Source: Octopus vulgaris (lineage: Eukaryota). Taken from it: 64,000 nt of DNA. The position numbers were made by a program, and so were the translations under genes. The stretch's first letter is position 1. Every line of letters begins with the position of its first letter. The DNA is taken from positions 38,254,001 through 38,318,000 of the forward strand of contig OX597816.1 of NCBI GenBank assembly GCA_951406725.2, given 5' to 3'. The notes below the pieces were generated by a model. That model was not told where the DNA came from. It ran no database searches and saw nothing but the letters and a program-made list of their open reading frames with translations. This document shows, in pieces, positions 43,155-56,857 of this stretch.

Positions 43155-44799
43155 TATGAACCGTTTAAGGGACCAGCGAAATCAATGTGTAGTTTTGACC
43201 ACGGAAGATCTACTTTTGACCAAAGTTCACTTTTTATCGTCGGTAATTTTGCTGTTAGAGCACATCTTCTGCATCCTTTCACTAAATTTTCAATTCCTCT
43301 ATCCATTTTCGGCCAGTACACGCAGTTACGCATTAAAGCTGGGTGGGGGTATATCAGATATGTCACCAGCGGAGCTGATATTTGTGAGGAAAATAAAATC
43401 AGTCTTCGACATATTGCCACCTGGTAAGAAAAGAAAAATTGCAATGGATAATACAGCAAGATATTTCAAAATTGGTGAAAATGTATTTGCTAGGGTATAT
43501 AAAACGGAAAACAAAGTTGGGAAGAGGGCTTGATTACCAAATGCATAGGAAAAATGCTATACTTGGTAAAAGGAAGAAGATGGGTGTGCAAGAGACACAT
43601 AAATCAACTAAAAAAAAAAGATTCGTTGAGAGTGAACCCATGAGAATGGAAGAACCAATGGAATGGTTATGTGATACTTTTCAAGTACCAACGCCACCAC
43701 AAATAATTGAACCCGGACGCATAAGCGAACGAAAAAGAAAATTTACGGAGTTCCTGGAAGTGGATGCCAAACGAAAAAAATATTAAATTTGTAACTGTAT
43801 GAAAAAAAAAGCTCAAAAAAGGGAGGTGGAGTGATGTAAAAATTATTAATAAAAGGAAATAAAATTACACTCCCTGAGAAAAAAAATTTTAAAGGAGTGA
43901 TGTTATGGGGATAATAATAATAATAACAACAACAACAACAATGATAATAATAATAATGGCACACCCCTCCCACGTGACGAGTGGTAAGTACTAGTCGTTG
44001 GTGAAGTTGGTTATAGGTAGTCATGTCTTTACTTGTCTAACTTTACAGCTATACCGGATGTTATGTTGTAACCGTCCGACGTTGGATTACAACAATATAT
44101 ATATAGTGTATTATGCATTTTATCCAAATGTTACGTTGTTTTTCTTATATATTAATCTAGGTTGTATTATACAGTATTACTCTATGATGTACTCTATCTA
44201 AAACGTTTCTTAATTGTACTGAATTATTGACATAAGGCTAAGGCGAACTGGCAGAACCGTTAGTACGCCGGGAAAATTGCTTAGCGGCATTTTGTCAATC
44301 TTTACGGCCTTACTTTATATCTCGCTGGAATAGACGATTAGGTACAGCTGTTTGGACCCTGACGATTTATCAAGGCTGACTAGACATTGAAGCTGATTTA
44401 GAGAGAATACGTGTTGGTACTGGGGACAAAGACACACACGTGCATGCGTGCATGCATGCACGTGCAGAAACAAATTGAGAGAGCAAGGCATTACAATTTA
44501 TTAACTGTACACGAATGACAGACACCTTGCCTCTCATCGCACAAATGAAGAGAAATATGGTCACAAACATGAGTGAGCGAGAGCGAACGAGAGAGAGGAG
44601 AGAGAGAGAGATAGAAGGATATATATATATAGATAGATAGATAGAGAGAGAGAGAGAGAAAGAAGGAGAGAGAGAGGAGGAGGGGAGGAAGAGGAAGAGG
44701 AGGAAACCATCAAAACGTCAGCATCGAATCAACGACGCCAAATAGTACGTTTTAGCACTATAAGCAAACGCATATACACGCACACACAGAATTATACAC

Positions 44800-44837
<38 letters not shown>

Positions 44838-46452
44838 CAATTTATTAATTGAACTCGATTGACAAATACTTTTCCTCTCCTAAAACTCATAATGAGAACT
44901 ATGTTCACACGTGTTAGGAGAGAGAGACAGGGTAGGCAGAGTAGAACGAGAAAAACATTAAAACGCCTGGTGTCAAATAAGTCAACATCGAATCAGCGAC
45001 GCCAGTTAGGCTGCGTGAAATTGGTTTTGCAAAACATCTCATACCTATATCTTGCATGCTATTGATAAAATAGGTGCTTGTCATAAGTCGGGGTTGCTTC
45101 GATTTTTTACTGTGTTCTTTTATACATGTTAACCTGTTCAGACTATAACACGAGGTTCAACATAACTTTGCACTAAAATATAGCAAACAAACAGAGACCA
45201 AAAAAACAGAAATAACCCCAATAGTGAAGATATCGTAAAGTGGCGTCAATCTGTTAGGAATAGCAACTAGATCTTTCCCAAATTACGCATAACAATCTTA
45301 CACATTGCGGGATGATTATTGTTGGAACGATTTTGATCATAGATCTATTCAATAAGATTTCGAAAATAGATCTTATTCAGCTGCGCTGAGTTCCTATATT
45401 CCTCTTTTACACGCTCTGTGTGATTTGAACTCACATTTTCTTGTTTGATTTCGTCTTCTTTCTTTAGTGATATCCTTTTATTCTTCCTTTTTCTTTCATT
45501 CTTTCTTTCTCTCTTTTATTTATTTATTTTTTCGTCCCGTCTCCACAAAATGAAAGAAGAAAAGGCAAGGAAAGCCAGACCAAGTTTATAAAAGAAACAT
45601 AAACTTCCATCTCTATATTCTATTGTGTACTTATTAAATTAGTGTCTTTATGCGTGAATTTAAACTGCATTTTGCTGAAACACAAGACCTATTGAAAGAA
45701 CCGAAGAAATAAAGTGGAGTACATTAAGTACAAAAGCTGAAACCAAAAAGAAACAAAACAAAACAAAGACGACTTTGGTTGACATCGGTATTAAAGGTGG
45801 GTGTAAACATCTTTGTGGAAGAAATTTACTGACTGAGATGAACACCTAAAAAGGTTACTCATCCGTTAAAACAGAAATAGTGATATTAACAGATTTTTTT
45901 TTCTTCACGCAAACGAAATAATGTCGACAAAACAAGAGAGGGATTAAAATATTTTGGCAGTTAAGTGAATTGGTCTGGCTTACATTTTAACAGCATCTTT
46001 TGTTTGAGAGATTATCCCATTTGACTTCTGACATTTGTGAGGTCAGATTATTGAAAACAAATGACCCGCATATCCTTCAACATAATGTCGACCCAGTGAA
46101 AGGATAAGACGAAAATGTTGCTTAGTTTACGGATGTAAAAATAGTGATTTTTTTTTATCCACAGAATCTGAGAGTAATTTCAAGAATCTAAATTAAGCAG
46201 CAATGTAGCGTATCCTTAATTCGGAAAGCAGCAAGATTCTTTTTATATACACTGCACATAGAAAATTAATGAAGTTAACTGTGGCGACGTTCCTTAAGAT
46301 GGCGGTTACCGAAATATAAAATCAAAGGGTTTATTTACTCATATTTCGCGTCAGAGATAACAATGTTCATATAGATCAAGTTTTGAGGGTTGTAGGTTCT
46401 TATCTCGCTAAGGTGTCATTCATGGCCATCCTGTTTCTTCTTCTTCTTCTTC

Positions 46453-46509
<57 letters not shown>

Positions 46510-46510
<1 letters not shown>

Positions 46511-48885
46511 GGCGGCGAGCTGGCCGAATCGTTAGTGCGCTGGACGAAATACTTAGCAGTATTTCGCCCGTCGCTACGTCTGAGTTCGAATTCTGCCGAA
46601 ATCGACTTTACCTTTCATCCTTTAGGGTCGATAAAATAAGTACCAGTTGAACACTGGGGTTGATGTAATCGATTCATTCCTCCCCCAAAACTGCTGCCCT
46701 TATGGCAAAAATTTGAAACCATTATTATTATTAAGGAAGTGAGCTGGCAGAATCGTAACCGCGCTGAGCAAAATGCTTAGCGGCATTTCGTCAGTCTTTA
46801 TGTTCTGAGTTCAAAACCCGCCGAGGTTGACTTTACCTTTCATCCTTTTGGGGTCGATAAATTAAGTACCAGTGAAACACTGAAGTCGGTGTAATCGACT
46901 CATCCCCTCCCCCAAAATTGCTGCCCTTGTGGCAAAATTTAAAACCATTACTATAATTATTATTGGTTCAAATGAATCCGGAACATAATCCAACGTGTCT
47001 TGAATCTCTAAGACAGTAGTTTGTGAATTGAGGGAGATTTAACTATTATTTCTAGATGTTGAGCAACTAGATACAGCCTTCTTCATTGGCTTATATGTTT
47101 ATTGGATAACTAAAAAGGTAAAGAAACAATTTGGAAACCAGTCATTAGGTCAGTAAGAAGTTGTACAAGAAATTACTGTTTCGCTTGTTAGGAACGTTGT
47201 TGTGTTAAGGTTCTGACGTACCATCTTAGTGTTTTAGTATATGTTTCTTTATTACCTACAAGGGGCTAAACACAGAGAGGACAAACAAGGACAGACAAAG
47301 GGATTAAGTCGATTACATCGACCCCAGTGAGTAACTGGTACTTAATTTATCGACCCCGAAAGGATGAAATGCAAAGTCGACCTCGGCAGAATTTGAACTC
47401 GGAACGTAACGACAGACGAAATACGGCTACGCATTTCGCCCGGCGTGCTAACGTTTCTGCCAGCTCGCCGCCTTCTTAGTGTTTTAGTATAGAAGAGGCA
47501 TGGACTTCACTAGCTAACGTCTCCTCTACGATAAACATCCCAGGTTTCATTTTTATGTTAGAAGCAATTACTAAGGTGGTAAGCTGGCAAAAATGGTTAA
47601 CTCGTCGAACAAAATGCAAAGCGGCATTTCTTCGAGCTCTTTACAATCCGAGTTCAAATACCGCTGAAGTCAATTTTGCCTTTCATGTCTTCGGGATCGA
47701 TAAGATAAAGTACTAAGTCAAGTATTTGGGTCGATGTAATCAACTTCCTTCTCCCCCACATTGTTGGCTTTCTGCCAAAAATTAGAAAAAAAACAAAATG
47801 TTCGAAACAATTACTTTTACGAAATAACATTTATGTTGACCTCAATTGCCACATGACTGATAGCAAACAAGGAATGAATGTGAATGCAATGTTTCTCTTT
47901 TTAAAACTTGATTATCGTTGTGGTTGTTAGCCCCGGTCAATCAGACCAAAGATATTCCAGCCTTGCCAATTTTCTCAAAGACGTCACTCCCTAACGTCTC
48001 CACTATGATAAACATCCCAGATTTCATTTTTATGTTAGAAGCAATTACTAAAGTGGCGATCTGGCAGAAACGTTAGCACGCTGGGTGAAATGCATAGCGC
48101 TATTTTGTCTATCTTTACGTTCTGAGTTTAAAATACGCCGAGGTCGACTTTGTCTTTCATCCTTTCGGGGTCGATAAATTAAGTGCCAGTTGTATACTGG
48201 GGTCGATCTAATCGACTGGCCCCGCTGCCCAAAAGTTTTGGGCCTTGTGCCTAGAGTAGAAAAGAATATTTTTAAGGGCGGCGAGCCGGTAGAATCGTTA
48301 GCACGCCAGGCGAAAAGCTTACCGGTATTTCGTCTGCCGCTACGTTCTGAGTTCAAATTCCGCCGAGGACGACTTTGCCTTTCATCCTTTCGGGGTCGAT
48401 TAAATAAGTACCAGTTACGCACTGGGGTCGATATAATCGACTTAATCCGTTTGTTTGTCCCCTCTGTGTGTAGCCCCTTGTGGGCAGTAAAGAAATAAGA
48501 ATCGTGAGCTCGCCAGAAAAAATTCTTAGCAGCATTTGGCCCGTCTTTACGTTCTGAGTTCAAATTCCGCCGAGGCCGACTTTGCCATTCATCCTTTCGG
48601 GGTCGATAAAATAACCTAGTTGAACACCCCGAACTTGCTGACTTTGCGCAAAATTTTGAAAGCACTATTTTCCTAGACAAAAGCAGCGAGCCAGCATAAT
48701 CGTTAGCATGTCGGACAAAATGGCTGCAATTCATCCATATTTACGTTCTTAGTTCAAATACTGAAGAGGTCGACTTTGCCCTTCATCTTTTCTGGTTGGA
48801 TAAAACAAGAGCCAGCTGACCGCTGGGGTCGATGTAATCGACTTGCTCTCCCAAAATTGCTGGCCTTGTACCAAACTTTGAAACC
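46510..48885. mobile_element. Cluster of about 8 SINE family B copies
   Basis: Repeated ggcggcgagctggcagaatcgttagc...gagttcaaattccgccgaggtcgactttgcctttcatcctttcggggtcgat units, mostly on the plus strand. The minus copy 47242-47473 has an 18-bp TSD TCTTAGTGTTTTAGTATA (47224-47241, 47474-47491). Confidence 0.9.
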
Positions 48886-49424
48886 GTTATTTTTTCCGGA
48901 CATGACATATCAAAAATACATGTGGGTAGCATATATGTAATACAGAAGTTGTGTCTAGAGTAAAATAAAAAAATAAAAAAATAAATAAAGTTATCTAAGG
49001 AAAATAACTCAAATGGGCCAGTGGCAAGAATTTAGGTATGTTAAGGGCTGATATGGTGTTGGGGGACCTAATGTGATGAAGTCGTAGGGGAATCATCGTG
49101 ATATACAGTGTGTCTTAGACATTTTAAATCTGAAGGAGTCTGTCCTTATCCATGCTTGATTTCTGCCTGAGAGTAAGTGCAAAGCAGAGAGAGAGAAATG
49201 TGGGGGGGGGGAGAAAATGGGAGAGAGAATGAGAGAGAGAGAGAGAGAGAGAATGGGATAGAGAGAACTCGAAATGACGACTAACAAAGTTGACTTCGGT
49301 GAGATTTGATCTTAGAGCACAAATAGAACGAATGCTTCAAAGTATCTTATCCGATTCACGAACGATTCAGCCAACAATCACCTTAAGGTCTGGGGTACCG
49401 AGTCCTCCCCTACACACACACACA

Positions 49425-49628
49425 CTCTTTTACTTGTTTCAGTTACTTGACTGCGGCCATGCTGGAGCACCGCCTTTAGTCAAGCAAATCGACCCCAGGA
49501 CTTATTCTTTGTAAGCCTAGTACTTATTCTATCGGTCTCGTTAGCCGAACCGCTAAGTTACGGGGACGTAAACACACCAGCATCGGTTGTCAAGCGATGT
49601 TGGGGGGGGGACAAACACAGACACACAA

Positions 49629-49683
<55 letters not shown>

Positions 49684-49848
49684 CGACGGGTTTCTTTCAG
49701 TTTCCGTCTACCAAATCCACTCACAAGGTTTTGGTCGGCCCGAGGCCATAGTAGAAGACACTTGCCCAAGGTGCCACGCAGTGGGACTGAACCCGGAACC
49801 ATGTGGTTGGTAAGCAAGCTACTTACCACACAGCCACTCCTACGCCTA
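49425..49848 (-). mobile_element. SINE family A full-length copy
   Basis: Reverse complement of the family A consensus with internal (CA)n(TA)n. Confidence 0.9.
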
Positions 49849-50286
49849 CGTGCACGCAAGCACGAAAAAAGTTTTAATCGAAATTTCTTTGTGGTGGTAA
49901 CTTGGTAACTTCATTTAATTGAAGTTTTTGTATGTGTAAAACTGTATTTCTCAATAAAAGCTTCACTTTCACATGTGATGCAAGGAGATTTTGGCTGCTA
50001 TTTCTAACAGCTTCAACGATAACTCAGTGGCTTCCCAGTTGTTGGTGCTACAGTTTACCCCTGTGTTAGCTCTGTTTCAGCCAACCTACTCATGATCAAT
50101 CTTTTGGCTGTTATGTTTAGCTGATCTGGAGACCACGTAATGTTTTGCACAGAGTTGCAGTTAGCTGCAAAAAAAAGTAAAAATTCAAAAATAAAATGTT
50201 TAATATATAAATAAATAAAAATCAAAACACACACACACACATATATATACACACACACACGTCACACGTATATATATATTTCAAAA

Positions 50287-50495
50287 TGTGACCGCGTGTG
50301 TACCGTTGGCGATTTTTTTCCCTCTGTCTTCCCTTCTCTGGATCGTTCCTTCTCCTATGTTTCCGACGAAGAGCTCCGCTCGAAACGTTAAACCCTCCTT
50401 CTTTCCTTCTTTCCTGAGCGTCCAATAATACTATATTTGTTCCACGTCCTCGCGTTGTTGTGTTTTTTTTTGTGCTTTCTTGTTTGGATTAACTT
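50287..50495 (+). mobile_element. Family H2 copy with hammerhead motif
   Basis: GTTT-CCGACGA-A-GAGC-TCC-GCTC-GAAA-C-GTT-AAAC at 50359-50393; followed by a long TA-rich array. Confidence 0.75.
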
Positions 50496-50500
50496 TATAT

Positions 50501-50550
<50 letters not shown>

Positions 50551-50576
50551 TATATGTATATATATATATATATGCG

Positions 50577-50620
<44 letters not shown>

Positions 50621-50735
50621 TATATGTATATATATATATATATGGTATATGTATATATATATATATATATATATGCGTATATGTATATATATATATATAT
50701 ATATGCGTATATATATATATATATATATATATATC

Positions 50736-50772
<37 letters not shown>

Positions 50773-50823
50773 TATATGTATATATATATATGCGTATATT
50801 ATATATATATATATATATATGCG

Positions 50824-50856
<33 letters not shown>

Positions 50857-50858
50857 GG

Positions 50859-50890
<32 letters not shown>

Positions 50891-50920
50891 TATGCGTATA
50901 TGTATATATATATATATGCG

Positions 50921-50980
<60 letters not shown>

Positions 50981-51465
50981 TATATTTATATATATATATA
51001 TATATGCGTATATGTATACGTATATGTATATTGATGACATTATAGGGGAGACGTAGTGGAGAAGAGGCAAGAGCGGGAGTAAGAAAGGTGGTGGTTGTGG
51101 TGGTGATGAAGGGGGTAGCTGATACAGTGGTGGGGTAGGTGATGCAATGGTGAGGGTAGACTGACTCGTGTAGTGTATTGACGGTTAGTTTGTGCAGAGT
51201 ACTGATTACTCTAATGTACCAGAGTCATTGGCGGTGATTGAGGGAGGGGTGTGTGGAGCGACAATTAAGGGAACATAGGTCGATTATTGATAGGATCAGT
51301 TCGTGAAGTGGCCCCTCGGGGGTGGAAATGATACGTCAAACCGTCACATCAGAGTTGTTCAGCTCTATTTGGCGGGAGGCGACGCCAGCAGCAGCGATTA
51401 GGAAATGTCCGACAGCTCGGGCCGTGTCGGCGGAAATGGAAGTGGTGAGAGGTCGTGTGTGCATG

Positions 51466-51504
<39 letters not shown>

Positions 51505-52519
51505 ATGTATGTATGTATTGGTGTGCATGTGTATGTACACATGTATGCATATCTGTCTGTCTGTCTGTTTGATTGTCTGCCTATGTATGTATCTATGTAT
51601 GTATGTATTTATGTATGTATGTATGTATGTATGTATTTGTATGCGTGTGACGTGTATACATGAGCATATTTGTGTATGCCTGTATTTTTGTGTGTATTTG
51701 AGTTTGGCTCAGTACAAATATGTATGTGTTTGTGAGCATGTATGTATGTATGCATGCATGCATGCATGTATGTATGTATGCATAGATGCATGCGTGCGTG
51801 CGTGTATCTATGTATGTATGTATGTATGTATGTGTGTATGTATGTATGTATGCGTGCGTGCGTGCGTGCGTGTGTGTATGTATGTATGCATGCATGCATG
51901 TATGTATGTATGAGTGTACGTGTATGTGGGGGGATTATGTACATGTGAGTGCATGTCTTCAACTTCTATTTCCCGTGTATCTGTATCTGTATACATTTGA
52001 GACTAAATACACAATGCGTATGTGAATTTTATATGCATGTAAAACAAGCTATAGTTGTATATGTCTATGTGTGAACCATATATCTGTGTTTATGTGTGTG
52101 TATATATTGAAAATGTCTATGTATACGTGAGTACAACAAACGTACACGTGTGTGTGCATATTTATATAGGTGTGTATGTGTATGTAAAGACTGCATACAC
52201 ACATACACATATGTGTGTGTGCCTGTATTATGTTGGTTACAAATTTTAGTACAAGGCAAACAAGTTCCGGGGAAGAGAGCAAGTCGATTACATCGACTCC
52301 AGGACTCAATTGGTACTTATTTTATCGACCTCCGAAAGGTTGAAAGCCAACGTCAACGTCATTTGAACTCAGAACGAATGAAACGCTGTAAAGCATTTTG
52401 CCCGGAGCGGGTAACAATTCTGGTCACTCGTCGTCTTGCATATATATTTATATTAAAAGTACAAACAGGCAAACATCTAATACTAGGTCAAATATGACAT
52501 TTATACATTTTAAAATAAA

Positions 52520-53587
52520 GGATCAACTATCGCAGGGTGAGAGTGGCCACCCTACTCGTTATCTCGTCCCAGTTCTTCTCCATTTGGAGGTCCGGACTGA
52601 ACCAGACTCCGAACAATTTAACCAGTCCGTTGTTCCAGCGTCCCACGATGGAGACGCTGTTGGACGGCATGGGCTTATTGTTGTTTCTGTGCTAATGGGT
52701 CATTGACTTTTAGGTGTGATTTGCTACCACAAACGTAGCAACGTGGCTTTCTGCCTTCGACGGCCACATGCAAATTCGAACCGTCTGCCAATTTGATAAG
52801 ATGTGGAATCCTTTCAATACTGATTGGATCGATTTGAGCAAGGATTTCCATTCCTTGACCAATTCAATTTTGCTGGTCCAGGACAGCGATTTCCAAGATG
52901 TGGATTGTCTCCTCTATATCATAACAAATAGCAAACACAAGCCATTTTATGTGTATCTCAGGGGGCACATCTTTGATTTTTATTTTTGTTACCCTACGAC
53001 CAAGGTATGTTGGGATCATCATTAGGTTCTTGCATTCAAAAGACTTTGCGGGGAGGTCCTTGGCTCGTTCTTCACTGTCGAATCTAACTTCGATCGTGGT
53101 AAAATTTTCTTCCTCTGGTGACGTATTCTTTAAAGGCCTATATGGGCCATAAACATTTTTCTATTGTTTCTTGGAAGGCAGTTTCAAAAAGTTTTGTTAA
53201 TAAGTTGAGTGTTTTGTATATGATTTTTTTTTTAATGTCTTCTATGATTTTTTGCGATGTTTACAGTTGTATAATGTGTTGATCTTTTTTAAACATTGTC
53301 TTGCAAGCAAGCAGTTCTTCCTTCGAAAAAGACATAATTCTTTTCTTCAGCTTTAAAGCTGCGGCAAAATTACTTTGAGTGTTCGTGTTGGTTGTGGTGG
53401 TGATGGCGGTGGAGGCAGTGTTTGTAGTAGTAAACGTTTTCTTTACTTTGTTTATATCTTCTACGGCCAAACTGACATTCATATCTGTCAGTTCAAGCGA
53501 AACGACGTTCTTTTCAGCCTCCCACACCTCCGGCTTCAGCAGTGGCGGGAAGTCAATGAAAATGGCTTCCTGGTTTGATTCGGCCAT
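52520..53587 (-). pseudogene. Frameshifted ORF1 (gag-like, zinc knuckle) of a non-LTR retrotransposon, L1/Tx1-like
   Basis: ATG ORF at 53587 (MAESNQEAIFID...); downstream minus frames read TIEVRFDSEERAK...PTYLGRRVTKIKIKDVPPEI...HVAVEGRKPRCYVCGSKSHLKVNDP (CX2CX4HX4C with the last C lost, about 52700-52770). Confidence 0.65.
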
Positions 53588-53796
53588 TTTCGTTTAGAAG
53601 AGGGCAAAAGAAAACCGAAGAAAATTTTGAAAATTTTGGAAATTCACCCAAAGAGGGTAGGGTCCTATTAAAAGATTTACTTAGGTTGAAGAAGATGTTA
53701 AGCGTCTCTTTGACAAAAAATATTTAACAACAAATAGCTTTTTTTCTATACAAATAAAGTCGTCTTACTTGGAACCAATCTGTCAACAGTCCATTC

Positions 53797-53844
<48 letters not shown>

Positions 53845-54352
53845 GGATGGATGGATAGATAGATAGATAGATAGATGGATGGATGGATGGATGGATGGAT
53901 GGATGGGTGGGTGGGTTTGTGGACGGATGGATGGATGGATAGGTGGATGGATGGATGGATGAGTTTGCCTTAATGCAATACACGTTACCAGATATTTCAG
54001 ACTCAGTGTTTAGATCAGTCATGGGCACTCATAGCTTGCGGGACTTTCTGAATGGCACACCTAAAGAAAAATTTACCTTTAGTATGTTTAGTAGTGCGGC
54101 CCGCACCATGTCTCCTTGCAGCCTACATCTCAAAATAGGCTGTCCATGCTTGTTTTATATCGACATTCCACTCCTATTGCATATAATTGGTTTGTTTTCA
54201 TTCAAATATATACATACATAAATGTGTGTATGCATGTGTGTGTGCGCACGCACGTGTGTGTACGCGTATGTTTATGCATATTGTTATTTGCTCTCTCAAT
54301 GACCCACATACATAAATGATTATGTATATCAATCTCTCTTACTTTCTAGCTT

Positions 54353-54386
<34 letters not shown>

Positions 54387-54454
54387 CAGACACAGACACA
54401 GGTAGATAGGTAGATGGATATATAGATAGTTAGATGGGTAAAAAGACAGACAGC

Positions 54455-54532
<78 letters not shown>

Positions 54533-54561
54533 TATAGATAGATAGATAGATAGATAGAGAT

Positions 54562-54628
<67 letters not shown>

Positions 54629-54637
54629 GATAGATAT

Positions 54638-54694
<57 letters not shown>

Positions 54695-54703
54695 GATACA
54701 TAT

Positions 54704-54750
<47 letters not shown>

Positions 54751-54835
54751 CATATAGATAGATACATATATATAGATAGATAGAGATACATATATATGGA
54801 TACATATATATATAGATAGATAGAGATACATATAT

Positions 54836-54913
<78 letters not shown>

Positions 54914-55005
54914 GGAGATACATACATATATAAATAGATAGATAGAGATACATACATATATAAATAGATAGATAGAGATACATACATATATAAATAGATA
55001 GATAG

Positions 55006-55072
<67 letters not shown>

Positions 55073-55075
55073 GAT
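54455..55075. repeat. Interrupted (GATA)n microsatellite array
   Basis: Long tagatagata runs with periodic gagatacatata interruptions; a related (GATA)n/(GGAT)n tract lies at 53797-53960. Confidence 0.95.
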
Positions 55076-55671
55076 ACATAAATATATATAGATACATACA
55101 TATATATAGATAGATATACAGACAGACAGAATATATATGGGCACACGCGCAAACGCACATACACGCACACACATCCAAATGTACACACGTGTACACTCAT
55201 ACATTTCTCACATTAAGTGTCTCTTGACATAAGAACTTTAAAAGGGCGACATTCGTGGTTTCAACTCAGCCGAGTCAGGATCGCTCCGCCCAGATACTAC
55301 ACATGAGTGCGTCTCTATTTGATCCCTTATCACACTCGATCACCTCTCCCTGTTCATCACACTTAAACCTCTTCTCGTTTAAGCCCAACCCCTTCCTTTC
55401 CTCTCCTCCCCCCACCACCCGTCTACGTTTTATTGCTGTGATTGTCGTTCAGCCTTGAGTGGTTATTGTTGCTGTAGTTGTTGTTGTTGTTCTTCTTCTT
55501 GTTTTGCTTTAGATTCTTCTCTGTGTTTGTCTCGCTTATAACTGCTGTTGTTGTTGTTCTTACTATTGTTGGTGTAGCTGTTGTGGTTGTTATTATTACC
55601 GTTGCTTTTGTTGTTATTGCGGTTATTATTGCTGTTCTTCTTGTTACTGTTGCTGTTGTAATTGTTATTGC

Positions 55672-55987
55672 GGTACTACTTAAGAAGAGTGGTCCCGGTG
55701 CGCGCACTCGCACAGTCGCGCATCCGCGCCAGCTAGTCGTGACTAGTCGATCCTTACTTTGTGTTTTCGTGCTTTTACTCTGTTACTCTTTTACTTGTTT
55801 CAGTCATTTGACTGCGGCCATGCTGGAGCACCGCCTTTAATCGAGCAACCCGACCCCGGGACTTATTCGTTTGTAAGCCCAGTACTTATTCTATCGGTCT
55901 CTTTTGCCGAACCGCTAAGTAACGGAGACATAAATACACCAGCATCGGTTGCCAAGCAATGCTAGGGGGACAAACACAGACACACAA

Positions 55988-56020
<33 letters not shown>

Positions 56021-56253
56021 CATATATACGACGGGCTTCTTTCAGTTTCCGTCTACCAAATCCACTCACAAGGCTTTGGTCGGCCCGAGGCTATAGTAGA
56101 AGACACTTGCCCAAGGTGCCACGCAGTTGATGTAGTTGATGTTTTATTTACTTTGCTAGGTAGTCGTTGTAGGATCGACTAGTCACGACTAGCTGGCGCG
56201 GATGCGCGACCAATCGAGTGCGCGCACCGGGACCACTCTTCTTAAGTAGAACC
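55672..56253. mobile_element. Non-autonomous DNA transposon (Merlin-like MITE) with 83-bp TIRs and 8-bp TSD, carrying a nested family A SINE
   Basis: TIRs at 55672-55754 and 56171-56253 (GGT(A/T)CTACTTAAGAAGAGTGGTCCCGGTGCGCGCACTCG...); TSD GTTATTGC at 55664-55671 and 56254-56261; SINE A at about 55775-56127 (-). Confidence 0.8.
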
Positions 56254-56533
56254 GTTATTGCTATTGTTGTTGTTATTGTTGTTACTGTTGTTGATGTTGG
56301 TCTTCTTGCTGCTGTTGTCTGTCGCTGCTGCTCTTTCTACTACAGTTGTTGTTTGGACCCAAGTTGACTGAATAGACCAGTAATCAAAATTGTTCCAGCA
56401 GCGACCATCCAGTCTTTAATGTTTAGCAAGAGCTACAGCGCCCGACATGCTCGTTTGAGAGTGATTTGGTTACCATTTCTAACAAACCAGACGACCTAGT
56501 AGAAGTTTCGTAGCTCTAACTACTTACGTTGTT

Positions 56534-56799
56534 CTTTCTATATTTAAGAGATGAGGAATTCTGTACATTACTCTTTTCTCTTTTACTCTTTTACTTGTTT
56601 CAGTCATTTGACTGCGGCCATGCTGGAGCACCGCTTTTAGTCGAGCAAATCGGCCCCAGGACTTATTCTTTGGAAGCCTAGTACTTATTCTATCGGTCTT
56701 TTTTGCCGAACCGCTGAGTTACAGGGACGTAAGCACACCACCATCGGTTGTCAAGCGAAGTTGGGGGAACAAATACAGACACACAAACATATACACACA

Positions 56800-56857
<58 letters not shown>

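Larger units (their letters stand above)
40601..44094 (+). mobile_element. Decayed Ty3/Gypsy LTR retrotransposon
   Basis: LTR start tgttatggggataataataa...gtgacgagtggta..t.ctagtcgt at 40601 and 43901, with purine-rich aaaggagtga before the 3' LTR. Gag fragments at 40766-41290; degenerate zinc knuckle at about 41690-41790; protease MQLDTGSD at about 41897; RT YPLPSPEE..KLDLSEVYLQI..RLPFGVKIAPSIFQ..AYLDDIL at about 42520-42780; integrase pieces at 43155-43340 (inverted) and from about 43360 (SPAELIF). Many frameshifts and stops. The 3' boundary is approximate. Confidence 0.9.

Noticed and set aside
48048-48734. 228-aa ORF with internal repeats
   Set aside because: Antisense translation of tandem SINE B copies.
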